Shown here: positions 63,352 through 64,000 of the stretch, one piece after another
How the letters are laid out: each line of letters starts with the position of its first letter
Numbering within the stretch: position 1 is the first letter of the stretch
Assembly: GCA_012295275.1 (NCBI GenBank)
Contig: CM022669.1
Coordinates: 12,276,001 to 12,340,000 of the forward strand
From: Chrysomallon squamiferum
Taxonomy: Eukaryota > Animalia > Mollusca
Length of the DNA: 64,000 nt
Direction of reading: 5' to 3'
The notes under the pieces: generated by a model
What the model was told of the DNA's origin: nothing
Databases searched by the model: none
Seen by the model: only the letters and a program-made list of their open reading frames with translations
Made by a program: the position numbers and the translations under genes

Positions 63352-64000
63352 AGGTTCAAAACGATTAAAATAACTTTTGTAAAATTTGTATATTTATTTA
63401 AATCAAATCATAATATTTCATTTTGTCGTAAAATTATATAAATATATATATATATACAGGCATGTGAATAAATGATAAGTTTTGCAAAACTCTCTTCACA
63501 CGTACATTGAAATGCATCTTTAACTCGCTCGCAGCTGAGTGGGTTTAATAAAACCTCTGCATGTTATTTCGTGTATTGATTCTGAACTGGCATTGTAAAA
63601 TTAAATTATTTATTTCACTTTTGAGTGTTGTATGTCGTAAAACATACTCTCTGCCTCACTTTGTAAAGTCGTTTACACCCGAAAATTTATTTGTCCATAG
63701 TGCATGATGTCACGCCATATATTTTGTGCTATGCAGATCAAATTTCTTTTCAGTGTGTGTAATATATATCTGTCTGTAGAGTAAATAAATAATAATAATT
63801 AAAAATAAAATAAAAAATAAAAAAATAAAAATAAAATAAATAATAATAATAAAAATAATAAAAAATAATAATAATAATAATAAAAAAATAAATAAATGAA
63901 AAAAAAAATGAAATAAAGAAAAAGAAAAATAGCTCTGTAGAGGTACAAATTAAAATATAATAAAAAAATAAATAAATAAAAGAAAATAATAAACAAAAAG

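Overview
AT-rich, microsatellite-dense animal genomic DNA with GT-AG spliceosomal introns. The gene set and repeats suggest a mollusc, probably a gastropod (inference). Three protein-coding genes can be rebuilt exon by exon with consistent splice phases. (1) The 3' part of sorting nexin 27 (SNX27, + strand, 10 coding exons at 32-11517, PX plus FERM-like domains); its PDZ exons lie upstream of the window. (2) A complete osteoclast-stimulating factor 1 (OSTF1, - strand, 8 exons at 30433-25536, 217 aa, SH3 plus ankyrin repeats). (3) A complete BTB-BACK-PHR protein of the BTBD1/2/3/6 type (+ strand, 3 exons at 32192-34630, 472 aa), divergent from OSTF1. From about 38.6 kb the DNA becomes visibly CpG-rich and has no credible coding exon; it looks like the regulatory and 5' region of a larger gene, with candidate non-coding first exons near 49.9 kb and 61.1 kb. 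Repeats include a pogo/Tigger-like MITE (54813-55492), decayed tRNA-derived SINE copies, a 75-76 bp minisatellite and local duplications. No clearly new system is proven. The best leads are spliced 3'-UTR or alternative C-terminal exons of SNX27, a miR-8-like intronic hairpin, a multi-hairpin Pol III-like element at 61.4-61.6 kb, a TEAD/miR-1-motif array and an over-represented GCAGACGA motif. All analysis was by eye; no searches were run.
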